This document shows, piece by piece, positions 1-13,040 of a stretch of 64,000 nucleotides of DNA (its first letter is position 1; each line of letters starts with the position of its first letter). The notes beneath the pieces are model-generated. The model was not told where the DNA came from, searched no databases, and worked only from the letters and a program-made list of their open reading frames with translations. This stretch comes from Camelus dromedarius (taxonomy: Eukaryota), in the NCBI RefSeq assembly GCF_036321535.1, contig NC_087437.1, positions 118,050,001-118,114,000 on the forward strand, in the 5' to 3' direction. Position numbers and translations under genes: made by a program.

Positions 1-1364
1 GTTCAAAGAAATGAATCCAGCTCTCTATCCATTTTCCCATCCATTCATTCATCCAACCCCCACTCCCATCCATCCCTGCAACTATCCATCCCTCCTCCCT
101 CCACTGAAGTTTGAAAATTAGTCCCTAAAGCCTATTTAGGTGCTTATAGCACATTACCGCTCACAACACTCTGGCTGCTTAGGAGTTAACTTCCTGAAAC
201 AGGTTACCTCGTAAGAGTTCTTCGGATTGTCTGTGAGGTCTTCCCTTACCAATACCTGGTGCCTTGTAAGTATGATTTGAATGTAAAGTGGTCCAATATT
301 TTAAAATTTACTTGAGTGACTTTGCTTTTACTTTATTCCTAAGGAAGATCAGAAGTTTATAAAAGAGAGGATAAACTCTTAACGCCAATGCTCTGTACTA
401 AAATAAAAATTTAAACAGGCAACTATAAGCGTTTTTTACCCACTGAAATTAGGATAGTCCCAAGTTATGGCATGTGAATTTTTTTCATGAAAATTGACTT
501 TTGTAACAAGAATGGAAAATTTCACCCCAGGTGGCAAAATCAATTCCGATTCCTTCTGACATTTTCTAACCTTCGGATTTCTCTAGGAGCAAAGTAGCTG
601 TATAAAGATTATATTCTTGGATATTAATTATTTCGAGGAATTTCCGAGGGGGATAAAAGTAAATGTCATTTGTGACAGTTCAGAATAAAGTCAAGGTTTG
701 CTTTCTCTGGCTTATAAGAGGGAAGAAAAATAGGAAGATCGAGTAGAAAATGCATGCATCTCAGCTATAGCTGAAGGGGGCCTCCCGCATCACGAGAGGA
801 TGCAAGGTGACCCACTGTGCAGACTCTGAGATGGTAACCCGAACTCCTGCAGGCATGTCCCCAGCCTTTTCATTTCACTCTTCAGGGCGATGACATATGT
901 CATCAGGTGTTCCTTTTTAGGAACAGATTTCATAAGATGCTGCCTTGACCAACATTCTTTTCACTTCAAGAGCATTAATCCCATTTATTATCCAGAACAA
1001 CTATTTAGGAGTGACATGTACCTTTTAATTTATCCATCATTTTACTCAATAATTCTGTATAAGATAATGAGCCCACATCACTTTCAGTATTACTTTCACT
1101 TTATTTAGTATTTACGAGCCTCTGATTTGGAAATAACGCACCAGACAGCGGGTGGACATGATGCTCTCTCCCAGCACTGCCTCTGGAGCCGTCACAGCAT
1201 TTTAATCAAGTCTCTGAACCTCGGTGATGTCATCTAACACAGGATAAGAAAAAGAGAACTCTAGTTTGGGGGAAGAGGATGGACTTTAGTGACAGATATC
1301 CCTGGATTTGACCAAATCTCCATTTCCCCAAAAGGGGGTCAGGGGTCAGAGTGATACCAAGTCA

Positions 1365-1575
1365 TTGGGTTTTAATCCTGATCTGCCATTTATTTCTACC
1401 TAATCCGCTTGTGTACTTATATCCTCTGTGCCTAATTATTCTAATTTGTAGAACGGATATAATGACACTCCCTGTTCTAAAGGTTTATTGGAGAATTAAG
1501 TAGAATCATCCATATCATAAGGCTTGGAACAGTGCTTCATATAGAGTAAGCACTAAACCAATGTTTACTCTTCTT
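1365..1575 (+). mobile_element. MIR SINE (decayed)
   Basis: Matches MIR core and 3' end: gggttttaatcctgatctgccattta...cctctgtgcctaattattctaatttgtagaacggat...gaacagtgcttcatatagagtaagcactaaaccaatgtt. Confidence 0.75.
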
Positions 1576-1661
1576 ATTGTAACACAGAGGGACTTGGGCA
1601 AATAATTTCCCTAGATTTATGTCCTCATCCATAAAGTCAGGCCAAAATAAGAACAGAATCA

Positions 1662-1758
1662 TTTTAAAAAAAAATTTTTAACAGAGGTACTGGGAATTGA
1701 ACCCAGGACCTCATGCACACTAAGCATTCACTCTACCACTGAGCTAGACCCACCCCCC
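1662..1758 (-). mobile_element. tRNA-derived SINE, camelid Vic-1-like
   Basis: Minus strand reads GGGGGGTGGGTCTAGCTCAGTGGTAGAGTG...GAGGTCCTGGGTTCAATTCCCAGTACCTCTGTTAAAAA: A-box (TAGCTCAGTGG), B-box (GGTTCAATTCC) and A/T tail. Confidence 0.85.
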
Positions 1759-1987
1759 TAAATTTAGGAGTCTGAGATTTGCAAATGTTAGCCACTATAT
1801 ATAAAAATAGATTTAAAAAAATGTCTTCTGTATAGCACAGGGAACTATATTCAATATCTTATAACAGCCTTTAATGAAAAAGAATATAAAAACAATATAT
1901 GTATGGCTATGCGTGACTGGTACACTGTGCTGTACACCAGAAACTGACACATTGTTACTGACTATACTTCAATAAAAAAAAATAAGA
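1759..1987 (+). mobile_element. 5'-truncated L1 3' end (lineage-specific subfamily)
   Basis: ctgtatagcacagggaactatattcaatatctt...gctgtacaccagaaactgacacattgttactgactatacttcaataaaaaaa; collinear with the copy at 3904-4116. Confidence 0.9.
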
Positions 1988-2212
1988 AAGAACAGAGTCA
2001 GAATGAGGATGAACAGTGGTAGCATGTGCTGAGTGCCTGTCAATGCTGGCTGCATCTCAATAATCATTAGTTTCCCAATCACCTTCATTCCTCATTTGCT
2101 CATCAGGACATGAGATTTACAATGTTTGATGGGGCCAAAGAACAAATTATCAGCATTGTGAATATTCTGGAAATTCCATTAACTTTGTGTATGATAATAG
2201 ATTTTTCAAAAA

Positions 2213-2350
2213 TGTATTCATTACAATTCTTAACACATATTAATTGAGCATCTGCTACATACTAGGCACTGTGCTGGGTGCATAGGATACAAGGATGTAT
2301 AAAAGTCAGTTCCCATCCACGAGAAGCTCAAGGTCTAGTGGGATGGACAG
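2213..2350 (-). mobile_element. L2 3' end fragment
   Basis: attcatt...aacacatattaattgagcatctgctacatactaggcactgtgctggg is the reverse complement of the L2 3' terminus. Confidence 0.7.
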
Positions 2351-3139
2351 GAAGATGGACATGTGACACACCAGGGGCTGGTGGGAGCCCTGAGGAGATT
2401 TTAGCAGAGACACAGGTGCTGAAACAGAAAACCTCTATGAGGGTGGAAAACGAATTCTCCTCTGCTCCAAATGTTCACAGCAAGATTGGTCTGGAACAGA
2501 ATCCCACTCTGACAGGCCTGCATACGGTTCTAAAGAGATTTATCAGAGGAACTGTGGCCAAAATGAGGCAGCCTCAGGCAGGAATACTAGGACTGAACTT
2601 GGACTCCCTGGCATCTATTTCAGCCACCTTCTAGTGATGTGATTTGGGGCAAATAGATGTCTCAAATTTCATATTATTAAAAAAAAAGTATAGTATTCCT
2701 ACAGGTTTGTGTTGATAATCAAAAGAGATAATATATGCTTTTTAAAAACTCCTAATTTGGGAAACACAGTGCGAAGGCAGGCACTGTGGCATAGGAAACA
2801 CAACCTTTTGCTGTGAGGCATTCCGCCGTCTCCTCGCAGAGGGAGCTGCAGCTGACCCCCGAGTTCTGCTTTGCCCGCAGATTGTCGTGTCTGTGGTGAC
2901 AAAGTCCCCTGGTGCAAACTGATGCCTAAACAAATCTCTCAGGTACCCTCATTTAAACCATCACATGATCTTTGCTATTCCCATCTTTGGTTTTTGTTTT
3001 TTTAATGCTGCTTTTTACAATTCTGATCATAAAGGTAACTCGTGTTCATGATAGAAAACTTCAAAAGAAACAGAAAAGGAATAAAGATGTTACAATCTGC
3101 TAAGTTGGTGCTTCTTGCATAACACAGGCCCTGACTTAG

Positions 3140-3310
3140 AGCTTTACAATACTAACCACAGAGCCCTTGCAGTCACCCGTGAGGCTGCTACAGTGGTCAT
3201 CCCCATTTCCAGATGAAGAAATGAAAGCCCAGAGAAGTGAGCTCATGTGCCCACCATGCAGGTCAGAAACGCGCCCGGCAGTCATGAGGGCTCAAGTGAA
3301 GCCCTGTCTG
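3140..3310 (-). mobile_element. MIR SINE (decayed)
   Basis: catccccatttccagatgaagaaatgaaagcccagagaagtgag is the reverse-complement MIR core. Confidence 0.7.
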
Positions 3311-3640
3311 TGCAGCCCTGCCTTCCAGGGTTGTCACCCGCCGTCTGCTGATGCATATGCTTCCCAGTCCTAATGCTTTTGTCCAGCCACCTCCACCACT
3401 TACAGAAGAGAAACCCTCTGCGCAGGGGCCATCCCACACACTGAGGAGGAAGCAGCCAACCAAACAGCTCCCAGAGCAGCGTACCTTGCAGTGGCGGAAG
3501 GCAGATGACAAGCAAAGACAAGCATGACATGGTAGATGGCTTTAAGGTTACAGAAGTCAGAAGGAGGCAGGTTACAATTTATTGCATGGAACATAAGAAA
3601 GAACTTTTGGGAACTTTGGTTTTTCCTCTAATGAAAGACA

Positions 3641-4116
3641 TTGGATAAAGAAGTTGTGGTGTATTTATACAATGGAATACTACCCAGCCATAAAAAGAAT
3701 AAAATAATGCCATTTGTAGCAACATGGATGGACCTAAAGATCGTCATCTAAGTGAAGTAAGCCAGAAAGAGAAAGAAAAACACCATATGATTCACTTACA
3801 TGTGGAATCTTAAAAAAAAAAAAAAAGCCACTATAAACTCATCTACAAAACAGAAACAGCAGACATAGTAGACAATCTACAGGGGAAGAGGGGTGAGAAG
3901 GAATAAATTTGGGAGTTTGAGATTTACAAATGTTAGCCACTGTATATACAAATAGATTTTTAAAAAGTTTCTTCTGTATAGCATAAGGAACTATGCTCAG
4001 TATCTTGTAATAACCTTTTATGGAAATGAATATATGTATGTATAGCATGACTGGGACATTGTGCTGTACGTCAGAGATTTACACACTGTAACTGGCTGTA
4101 CTTCAATTAAAAAAAA
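3641..4116 (+). mobile_element. 5'-truncated L1 (end of ORF2, 3'UTR, poly-A)
   Basis: Starts with ORF2 C-terminal remnant WIKKLWCIYTMEYYPAIKKNKIMPFVATWMDL, then the L1 3'UTR and A tail. Confidence 0.92.
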
Positions 4117-4549
4117 GAAACACAAAGCCATCAGAGGGTTGTCAGTAGACGGTATGATTTTACTTATGTATTATTTTTTTTAAATCACTCCATCCATCAA
4201 TGAACAAAGTGCTTAGATGGAAAGAAAAAAGGAGAAAGGAATTATCCCCAACATGTGAATGTTGGGGGAGAGGGGCACAATTCAATCCTTAACAGGTAGC
4301 ATTCTCTTCTGTGAATTAATTTTTTCTTGTGATGTTACATCTGCCACAAGTGAAAGAACAGTTACAGTTTTCCCACAATTATTTGAAAGTCCTGACCATT
4401 TCTGAAAATGTTTGCAAGGATAGAAGTAGTACTAACCTATGCACAACACTGGTCTGTCATTTCTCTCTCTCTCCCTCTCTTCCCACCTCCCTTCCTTTTT
4501 ACACACACATTGACTTAATTGGGGTTGAGGGAATATGGTATTTCTAGCC

Positions 4550-4890
4550 CCCAGGACTTCAGACCCTTAAGTGGAAACAGGGCTGTGGAAGACGTAATTA
4601 GACAAGACGAGGTTATATTGGAGTAGGGTGGCTCTTACTCCATGGGAAGATGAAGGCAGATATTTGAGGTGTTGCATCTACAACTCAAGGAACACCAAGG
4701 ACGCCAGAAAACCAGCAGAAGCTAGAGGGGCGAGGGACAGATTCTCCCTCACAGCCCTCGGATGGAACCAACCCTGCCGACACCCTGGTCTTGGACGTCC
4801 AGTCTCCAGAGCTGGGAGAGAACATGCTTCTGTCGTTTAAGCCCTCTGGTTCACGGTACTTCCTTTCAGCAGCCTTAGGAAACAAGTGCA
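4550..4890 (+). mobile_element. MaLR LTR, MLT1B/C-like
   Basis: caaggaacaccaagga...ccagcagaagctagagg...gattctccctcacagccctc...aaccaaccctgccgacaccctggtcttggac...cagcagccttaggaaacaagtgca. Confidence 0.85.
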
Positions 4891-7800
4891 CTTCCCAATC
4901 ACCTTTCGCATTATACAAATCACACCTCTTTCTTCCATGTGGCTTTAGAGCTTCTTGAAGTGAGTATTCCCCTGTGGAACCGAGACAGAGGGCTCAGTAA
5001 ACGCTAACTAGGAGGTGAGTGAGTGAGCTAGTGAGCGAGCTTGGGAATGAAAGAAAGGACAGATGGAAGGTCTGGCTATCATGGAAGCAGAGCAGGGGCT
5101 GCCCTCTGGAAAAAGAAAGGTGTGTTTGACAGTTAAATAATGTGGGGTAACCCTTTGGGTCTCTCACCCTCAGAGCCCCCTGCTTTCTCCACTGAGAGGA
5201 CACAGGTTGTCAAAGAGATGAGGTTTTAGTGCTTCTTCATTTGCAGTTGAGAGAGATGGTAAGAGCCTTACTTCATTCCAAACACAACCCAAGGGATAGT
5301 GAAAAGTAGGGCATTAAATGTAACAGGGTCAGCTCCATCAGTCCAGGGCCATCCTATAGGAACACGAGCTGTTGAGTACTCCAAATGGGGCAGAATCCCC
5401 AATAACATTACTTATTATAACAGCCCCAAACTGTAAAATGTCCAAGTTTTAAGTCATTCCTTTCAAAAGAATTCTGATTTCTTCAGCTTGGTGCTAAGCA
5501 GAATTTGGCCCAAACCTCAAAGGGAGCAATTCCTAAGTATGAAATGAAAATTTGCTTTGACACGGTGCTTCCTTTCTGTGTTTGTCATCCTATAGATTCC
5601 AGAGCAATGATTTCATTTTTCTGTTGTTTTTTTTTCCTCTTTGTCCCACCTGCTGTTAAAATCAACAGGGAGGCAGTTTTCAAATCAGACGTGATGGCCC
5701 CTCAGACAGACTTGCTCCTCAGGAGTGGGGCACATGTACAGAGGGAGAAACAGGGTAATGCCCTGCATTTTAATTAACTATCCAGCTGATTCACACCCAC
5801 GAATGGCTGGGATCTATTTCTCTGGGCTCTTTTTTCCTTACACAAAATAAAGTATCAGAGGATGAAGATGGTACTAGGAAAATTAATTTATATACTGAAG
5901 AGAGGGACTTTCACTTTGCAGCATGAAAAGAAAACCAGAAACACTGTTCTAGGTCAGGATAGGGGCCAAGGAGGGCAGCTCATGACCATAGGCCAGGGGT
6001 TGCTTAGGGAGCCCACACACCAGGAGTCCCATATTTTTTAGAGAAGCCTTAGGGATCTCCAGGGAAGAGCATGTGGTGCGGATTCAGGGCAGGCTGGACT
6101 GCAGATGTCCACGTGGGGTCAACCAGAGTATCTCTGAGATTATCTGTTAGAATATTGGGATTTCAAGTGAGATTCTTACTTGAGAAAGGAATTTATTGCT
6201 TGAAAACAACTTTGCCAGCCTATGACCACTTGCAAATAAAACAAATAGAATCACAGTAAGATGGAATATGGCTAAAATCACCTAATATTCACGCCAGAGC
6301 TGGAGCAAGAGCTCCATTTTCCTTCCTTTGTACCTCTGCTTTCCACAGGTCGAGAAAAATGCCATGAGAAGTCAGTTCAAAAAAATTCCTGAATTTTTTG
6401 AAAAAGGAAAATGTGGCATAGATACCTACATTTAGATCAAGACATATTCTCCATATCTGGACATAATCCAGGGCAGTCCCAGTGTGTCTTGTTTTTGTCT
6501 AATGCCTTTATTAATAAAAAGTCCTTTTTACAAATATTCACAAATGTTTTTACATTTCCATTTTTTTCTTAGATACTATGGGAAAACATGATTAAAAAGA
6601 CACTGTTCTTATGTGCATAGTGCCTCTAATTTTAGATAGAATAAATAAGTTTTCTGCAGATGTTTTTACACTGAGTTACATTATACATTTAAAGATGCTT
6701 TATTTTCACGTATGATCCAACCTCAATGCCCTTATTAGAATTCACGAACTCTTAACAAATATTGACCAGTTAACAGCTGTCAAGCTTACGGACTGTTCCT
6801 CTTCTACTGGATGCCGGCCCACTTCCCTGTCATGTGCTCAACCTCAAAACAGAAAAATGAAATTCTCTCTGTTCACTAACTCATCCACTAAACATTAAGG
6901 TTTGCTTAGATTCTCAAGAAAGTAGAATACAGATTAAACAACAAGTCCTTAAGAATCCTCCATTGATTTTCCAGATGGAACCAATTTCTCTCTCCTACTC
7001 CCACAGGACTCGGAGGGTCTCCTTTCACACATGGAATAATCTTCTTTCTGTCGATCTTAATTACTAAGTCCATTCCTCCCATCACCCCCACAGGTGCCGG
7101 CAGCTTCTGGAGTACCACAGCCAGGTTTTATTTTCTTTGTGTGTTCTACTCTCAACAAATGTGACTTTAATCCTTCCAAATTGTATGAAGCTTGGTAACA
7201 GAGCCAACAAGTGCAATTTTCTAGATACAAGAGCTTAAAACATGTAAATCAGAAAAAGACTGATAACAAACATTTACAAAATGATTTTTTTTTAGTCTTA
7301 TCGCCCTGTTTTGTCTCCTTAGCTTTATGTCAAAATGCCCTAAATGGGTTTTCCACCCTTTTTTGCCACCCTGCTTCCTCTTGGATGCTCTCCCACCTAA
7401 TTTTAGCCATGTTACTCCACCAACAAATAATACTGAGCCCATCACCTAACCACTGAGAGAAAACATTTTATTAAAAGAAACTATATATATACATGGATTC
7501 AAGGTTAAAAATGAAGTGCTGGCAGTGCTGGAAGAAAATGCAGCTGCCTCTCAAAACAACCTGGATACAGAGGGCATCTTTCCATACGTCAAAATATTAA
7601 TGAATGCCTTTATTTTTACAGGCAGTCTTTATTTTTATTTTTGTTTATCTGTGTTTTCCACCTATTACAGAAAGAACATGTATGCATTTTCAAGGAGAAA
7701 GCAACTCACATCGCTACAATCTAATCAACCCAGAAGTTTCTGCAAGGGAGGCTACTTCAATATTTGCTCTACACTGTGCTTTAGTACCAGATACATGTGA

Positions 7801-9289
7801 GCATTTCTTGGAACAAACAAAATAAGGCCTACCCTCATAAGCATTAGACAATAAATGTTTCAAATACATGAGAATACACTGCAAAGCTCAAATTCAAGTA
7901 TTTTAGGAGGAGAGTCATAACAATAGCACTCCTCACAAGCTGCTGTTGGCACCATTTCTTTTGGTGCAGTTTACTTTTTACACTGAAAGTTATTTTCTTG
8001 CTAAGGACATGAATAGGGGTCTTTTCCAGAGCTGCACTTTAAACATGCTTATTAGGAGACACTGAAATGTGTACATCACTCTTAGGCAGTGGGTTTATAT
8101 GATTTTAGGAATGGATTTTCCTTTCTTATAGGTTCTCAAGTCTGAGGCACTATGCATATATGAATTTTGAAATCTGTTAAGAAGTAAGAGAATACAGAGA
8201 GCCAGAAATTAAAAAATTAAAACACAGTAAAAGGAAATAATAGTTTGGGCTAACATCTGCAACCCTGTGGGTTTTCAGATACAGATACACATACATACAT
8301 ATATATGCACATAAATATATGTATTATAAGACCTACAGCCAATTTTTTGCAAGTTGTAGTGTTATTAAATCTATTAAAATGAACTTTAATAAATGAAACA
8401 GTAAGACTCTCCCTAAGGAAGAGTCTTTTTCAATATATTGCTGTCTAAAAAGAAAGACTTTGAAGGAATGCATTCAAATTCAGCAACATTTACTGCTCTG
8501 AAAGTCATAGGAAGTGAGTAATTGGAGGTCAATCTAAATTCATCTTTGCTTTGGATCTGGTAGATGACACAATGGACAACAGGAGTGTCTGGCTGGTCTT
8601 AAAGTCTGTCGCTTAATATGGGAGGAACCCATTTGGGGTTTCGCTGTAGCCCTGATGCTTAGGAAGAAAGCCACCCGCACAAGTCAGCAGCTGGAAACAA
8701 AGAAAAAGCCAAAGAGAACACACACAAAAAAAGGTGGAAAAAGGGCACAGTAGCTCAAAGACTGAATAAGGGAAACGACTTTTCTGAAAGCACATGACAC
8801 TTCTGCTTCCCTTCTTACTTATAGAGACCACCTGTCTCCTGATCTTTGATTTTGGAAGAGGTACTCAGTGATTCGAAATCTATAGAATGTCTCAAAAATA
8901 AATATGTAATCTCAATAGAGGAAAGTTAAAATGCCATTTATAGACATGGTTGGAAATGACCTATTAATGTGCATTTGAAGCTATAATGAAAGAAAATATT
9001 TAGGTTTAAGCACGTCACAAGGAACACATGCCAGCTGGATATACTCACACATAATGCACCAATTAGAAGGACGATTTTCAAACTATGCTCCGAGGAGTCA
9101 GGGGAATGAGAGTCCTCTGGAAGCAGGGACCGTGGCAGGAGCATGGTCAGAGCATCTCCTTTCTTATCCATTTTATGTATTTGGCATGCACTTAAGAAGA
9201 GAAGGCCTCGTATATCTTTCAATTTGTAGGTAGTTTTTATTCTTTTGAGATGGAAGCCATGCATTTTTAAATGATTAACTTAATAAAAG

Positions 9290-9578
9290 TTGAGAAGAAA
9301 GGATGCACAGAGAGAAACAGAGAAGACCTTGTGATGACGGAGCAAAGACTGGAAAGATTCTACAAACCAAAGAACACCAGGGACCGCCAGCAATCACCAG
9401 AAGCTGGACAAGGCCAGACAGGATTTCATTCCTCCTGAGAGCTTCAGGAGGGAGCCAACCCTGCCAACACCTTGATTTTGGATTTCTAGGCTTTAGGTAT
9501 ACGAGAGCATAAATTTCTCTTGTTTAAAAGCCTCCCAGTGGGTGCTAGTGTGTTAGGGCAGCCCCAGGACACGAACAC
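9290..9578 (+). mobile_element. MaLR LTR, MLT1C/D-like (3' part)
   Basis: caccagaagctggacaaggc...gccaaccctgccaacaccttgattttggatttctagg...ataaatttctcttgtttaaaagcc...ggcagccccaggacacgaaca. Confidence 0.85.
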
Positions 9579-10959
9579 TGTAGCCATTATTACTGTTGTT
9601 GTGATTAATTTATCAGTTGAACCTTTCCAAATGAAAATTACCTTTCAAAATTGAACTTGGGAGGCAGGTATCAAGCTTTTTCCAAATAAAGAAACTGAGC
9701 CATGTATTCATCATCATTTAATTAAAACGATGTAAAACAAGGTAGAATGGGGCCAGAAGTTAAAGCCTAACAAGCTACCAAATGTTCGTTAATCTTCACG
9801 AATCCAAATCCCGAAAACCATTTCTCCTCTGAGATCCCTCAGTGACGTTATCAGGCTCTGCGATTTCTGGACCTTCACACGTGTTGGCTCCCTAGCAAGT
9901 GAAAAGCCTTACTTGTAAGCCCCACCTGTTTTTCCAAGTCTTTGTTTTACTATTTTATAAAAGCCAAAAACACATGAGAAGTCAAAGAGGCTGAGAGCAG
10001 GGACCAGAAGCACGGTCTTTGAACCTCCCACTGACTCCTCAGGAGCCTTGGTTTCCTGAGCTACAGGATGGATGCACTGTGACACCAGGGCTGGGACCTG
10101 TGTGAGACAGTGAGTGAGGGGCACATCCCAGCCCAGCACAGCAAGCAGGGCTGCAGAGTTGCACGGAGCCATGCCAGGCATCAGCTCTCCACGTTTACTG
10201 CATGAAGGAGGGAAGGGCTATGTCAAAGAGTAGGCACCTTCTGGAACTTCTGAATGACACCAGAAGCGATTTGGAAGCAGAACATGTATTTCTAGCCATT
10301 AGTGGTGCTTCTGAACATTTGTCCCCATTCGTCCACTGCAATAATCTCAGCCCCTCCACCCTCCCTGTGTGGCCGGGGTTACCTGTTAGGGAGGAAAACA
10401 ATCACCCGGGGGACAGGGTGGCAAGCCAACGCCTTTGGTGACAGAGAGTTGGACCCAGTCTGGGCTTCTCCTCTGGGCACACAACCCTGGAGGGTTTCTC
10501 AGCCTTTCTAAGCCTTTGCTCCTTCCTCTGCAAATGAAGACTCCAGTAATTTCTAATGAGACAGTCATGAGACTTAAATTAGGATCACAGATTATGATGC
10601 AGTACCCAAGGCCTGGCCTAGGATGGGTTTCCATCTTCCCTTACAAGACTCCCTGCAAAAAACTCAGACTGAGGACTCTCCTTCTTCTAGCACGCAGGTA
10701 TTTTAAGAGGGCCAATGTGTAAGGAAAGTCCATTTCCTGGGGAAAATGGATTTCAAGACCTCCAGGGGAAATCCTTGGGGTAGAAAACCAGGAAGGGGGG
10801 TGGGGAGTGGCTTCCTGGAGGCGGTGAACTCAGTATAATTGTAGGCAGTATTTCACTGGCCAAGGGAACTATCTGGTGAAAAGTCCCAGCCAGGTTAGGG
10901 ACTTCACCACCAGCACACTGGGCAAGCTCCGGCCACAGCAAGATGCAAAGTGGCCAACA

Positions 10960-11150
10960 GACTATGGGCTTGGAGACAGTTCTGGGTCAGAATGTCACCA
11001 CGTCACCACGTCCTCTTGACCTTGGGCGAGCTGCTAAGACTTCTCTGAACTTTAGTTTCCACACGTGGATAATGGGTAACATCTACACCACAGGATCTGA
11101 ACCCCCCTGAGCACAGCTCTTGGCACGGACGGGAACACAAATAAATGGAG
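10960..11150 (+). mobile_element. MIR SINE (decayed)
   Basis: ctgggtcagaat...tgaccttgggcgagctgctaagacttctctgaactttagtttccacacgtggataatggg. Confidence 0.65.
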
Positions 11151-12499
11151 TCCCCCAGCTGACCTACAGGCCTTAAAATCCTTTGGTTTTTCCTGTTTTG
11201 TTTTTTTAAATTCCTTTGAGATGCAGTCTATTGATTTAAAAAAAAAAAAGGTAACTTTGATTAAGTTTAAAGTTTGTAGATGACACTCCCTAAAGTTGAA
11301 TTTGTGACTCATTTAATATTTATTAGGATCAAGTCACTGCTGGCCTCACCCCAGAACTCATCTAGAAAAGCAGGAAGCGCAGGTATTTTCAGGAAAGTCC
11401 CCACAGTACCTTTTTGGGAGAGAACTAGAGAGAAGAGGGCTTTGTCCTGGTGGTCAGGCCTGGGGATACTTTAAGAAGGCTGACATCCAGTTTTGGGGGT
11501 GACTGGGGAGCATTTCTTCTTGAGACCTAAGTCAGCCCCGTCCAAATCCTCCCTAGTCAGACCAAGCTGAGCAACCAAAATGGTGCCCAAAAGCAAGCGA
11601 CTCTCAGTCAGGAAGGGCTCTTTCCCATCCTCTTCACCCCTAACCCCACCCATCCCAGGGAGGACAGGACCACACTGCCCCTGGGGAGGAGGTTCAGCTC
11701 AGCGGGGAGCAGTGCCGCCCCCTCACCCTCTCTGCAATCCCTTGTGCTCCACACCGCCCCCCACCCTAGCCTTCCTCCTTCCTTCTCAAGCTCCTGCTGT
11801 CGGAAAGGTCTTAATCCCGGTGACTGAGGGAAACATGAAATGATGGCTCAAAATCAGATCAGCCCAGAAGCCAACCTGCTCCCAAACCCATCACCTGAAG
11901 GCACCTGAAAGCTAATTCCTCAAAAGCGCAACACAGTCATCTCCTTTTCAAAGCCCTGGGATTCAGCTGTCAGGCCACATGAAAACTATTCTCCTCAAGG
12001 TTAAAATTTTAATGCACTGTTTACACATTGAAGCAAAAGAGGTTTGCATAATTAATAGAGCACAGAAAATTGAGAGACAGAGCACAAAGTGTGTTTTAAA
12101 GGAAAAAAAAAAAAAGCTGAGAGGGAGGGCAGCTCAGCCTCCTGACTTGTTCTGTGCAACTACAGAAAGCTCAATGGAATCAGATGGCAGGAGCCTCTCC
12201 CACTTCTATAGGGCAGTGACCCAGCCACAGAGGACCTCTTTCCAAACGCTGCCACTCCAGCAGCGGGCACAGGAAGGTGCACAGAAACGGAGCACCTGGT
12301 CAGTTTCCGGGGCAAAGCTTCCACTGTCCTCCAAACACACATCAGATCCTTTAAGCAGACTCAGTGTCTCTGCCACATTCCCTAACAATGGGCAGCTCTC
12401 CCTGGGAAGGCAGCGGAAGGAGGCAGCAGGCATACACAGCTCCTCTGCAGACGGTGCTCCGTGGGCCCACAGCCCCACATCGGGCAGGAATTCCTTCTT

Positions 12500-13040
12500 G
12501 TGTCATCAGCAAGGGGCACCCAGCAGAGGCAGCCTGGCATATGGTGTCTGCAATTTTTTTAGTGACAAGTGGCGTGTTAGCAGAACCGCAGAGGAGCAGG
12601 AAGAGCGCCGGTTGGCTAATCACTCCCCGTTGCCTGCACCCTCAGGCAGAATCATATTGCTTTATGCAGATGAGCTCATAACAGTTTCTTCAATTTGGCT
12701 TTTATATAAAAAAGTGCCAGCTCCTCACACTGTGTCAACAGCCGCCCGAGGGCCTACCACTTTACAACGCCAGTGTATTACTATTTAAAGACAAGCTTTT
12801 AGCTGAACATCAGTGCTGCCTTCAGAGTTTAATTACCGCCCTCCCCATGGGGCCCAATGAGCCAGCGACTCCTCCCAAGGGGGTTCTGCTCGGTGATGAT
12901 CTTTAACTAAGTAAGTAAATGCCAAACCGGCTGGGCTTAAAGCGCCCGCGTCTGATTTCCTGCTCCACTGTGAGACTGTGGGTGACTGGTAATGATCCCT
13001 GCGCAGCTCAGCATCCTGGGGCAATTCATTCCCATTGGAA
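12500..13040. promoter_or_regulatory. Candidate conserved non-coding element / developmental enhancer
   Basis: No recognisable repeat, locally retains CpGs, dense in TF-like motifs (TAATCA, ATGCAGAT, TGTCAA, CTATTTAAAG, TTTAATTAC, TAAGTAAAT); conservation is inferred, not measured. Confidence 0.5.

Noticed and set aside
1686..1758. tRNA gene
   Set aside because: A and B boxes are present but the acceptor stem does not pair cleanly and an A/T tail follows; it is a SINE
6377..6402. AT-rich near-palindrome ttcaaaaaaattcctgaattttttgaa
   Set aside because: Low-complexity homopolymer pairing; no TSD or family features
10995..11013. Short tandem duplication gtcaccacgtcaccacgtc (similar ones near 18910, 48845, 51792, 54749)
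   Set aside because: Ordinary slippage duplications with no shared motif
11979..12788. Longest ORF (269 aa)
   Set aside because: No recognisable domain, a poly-Lys stretch from a genomic A-run, random-looking composition; better explained as a chance ORF across GC-richer regulatory DNA
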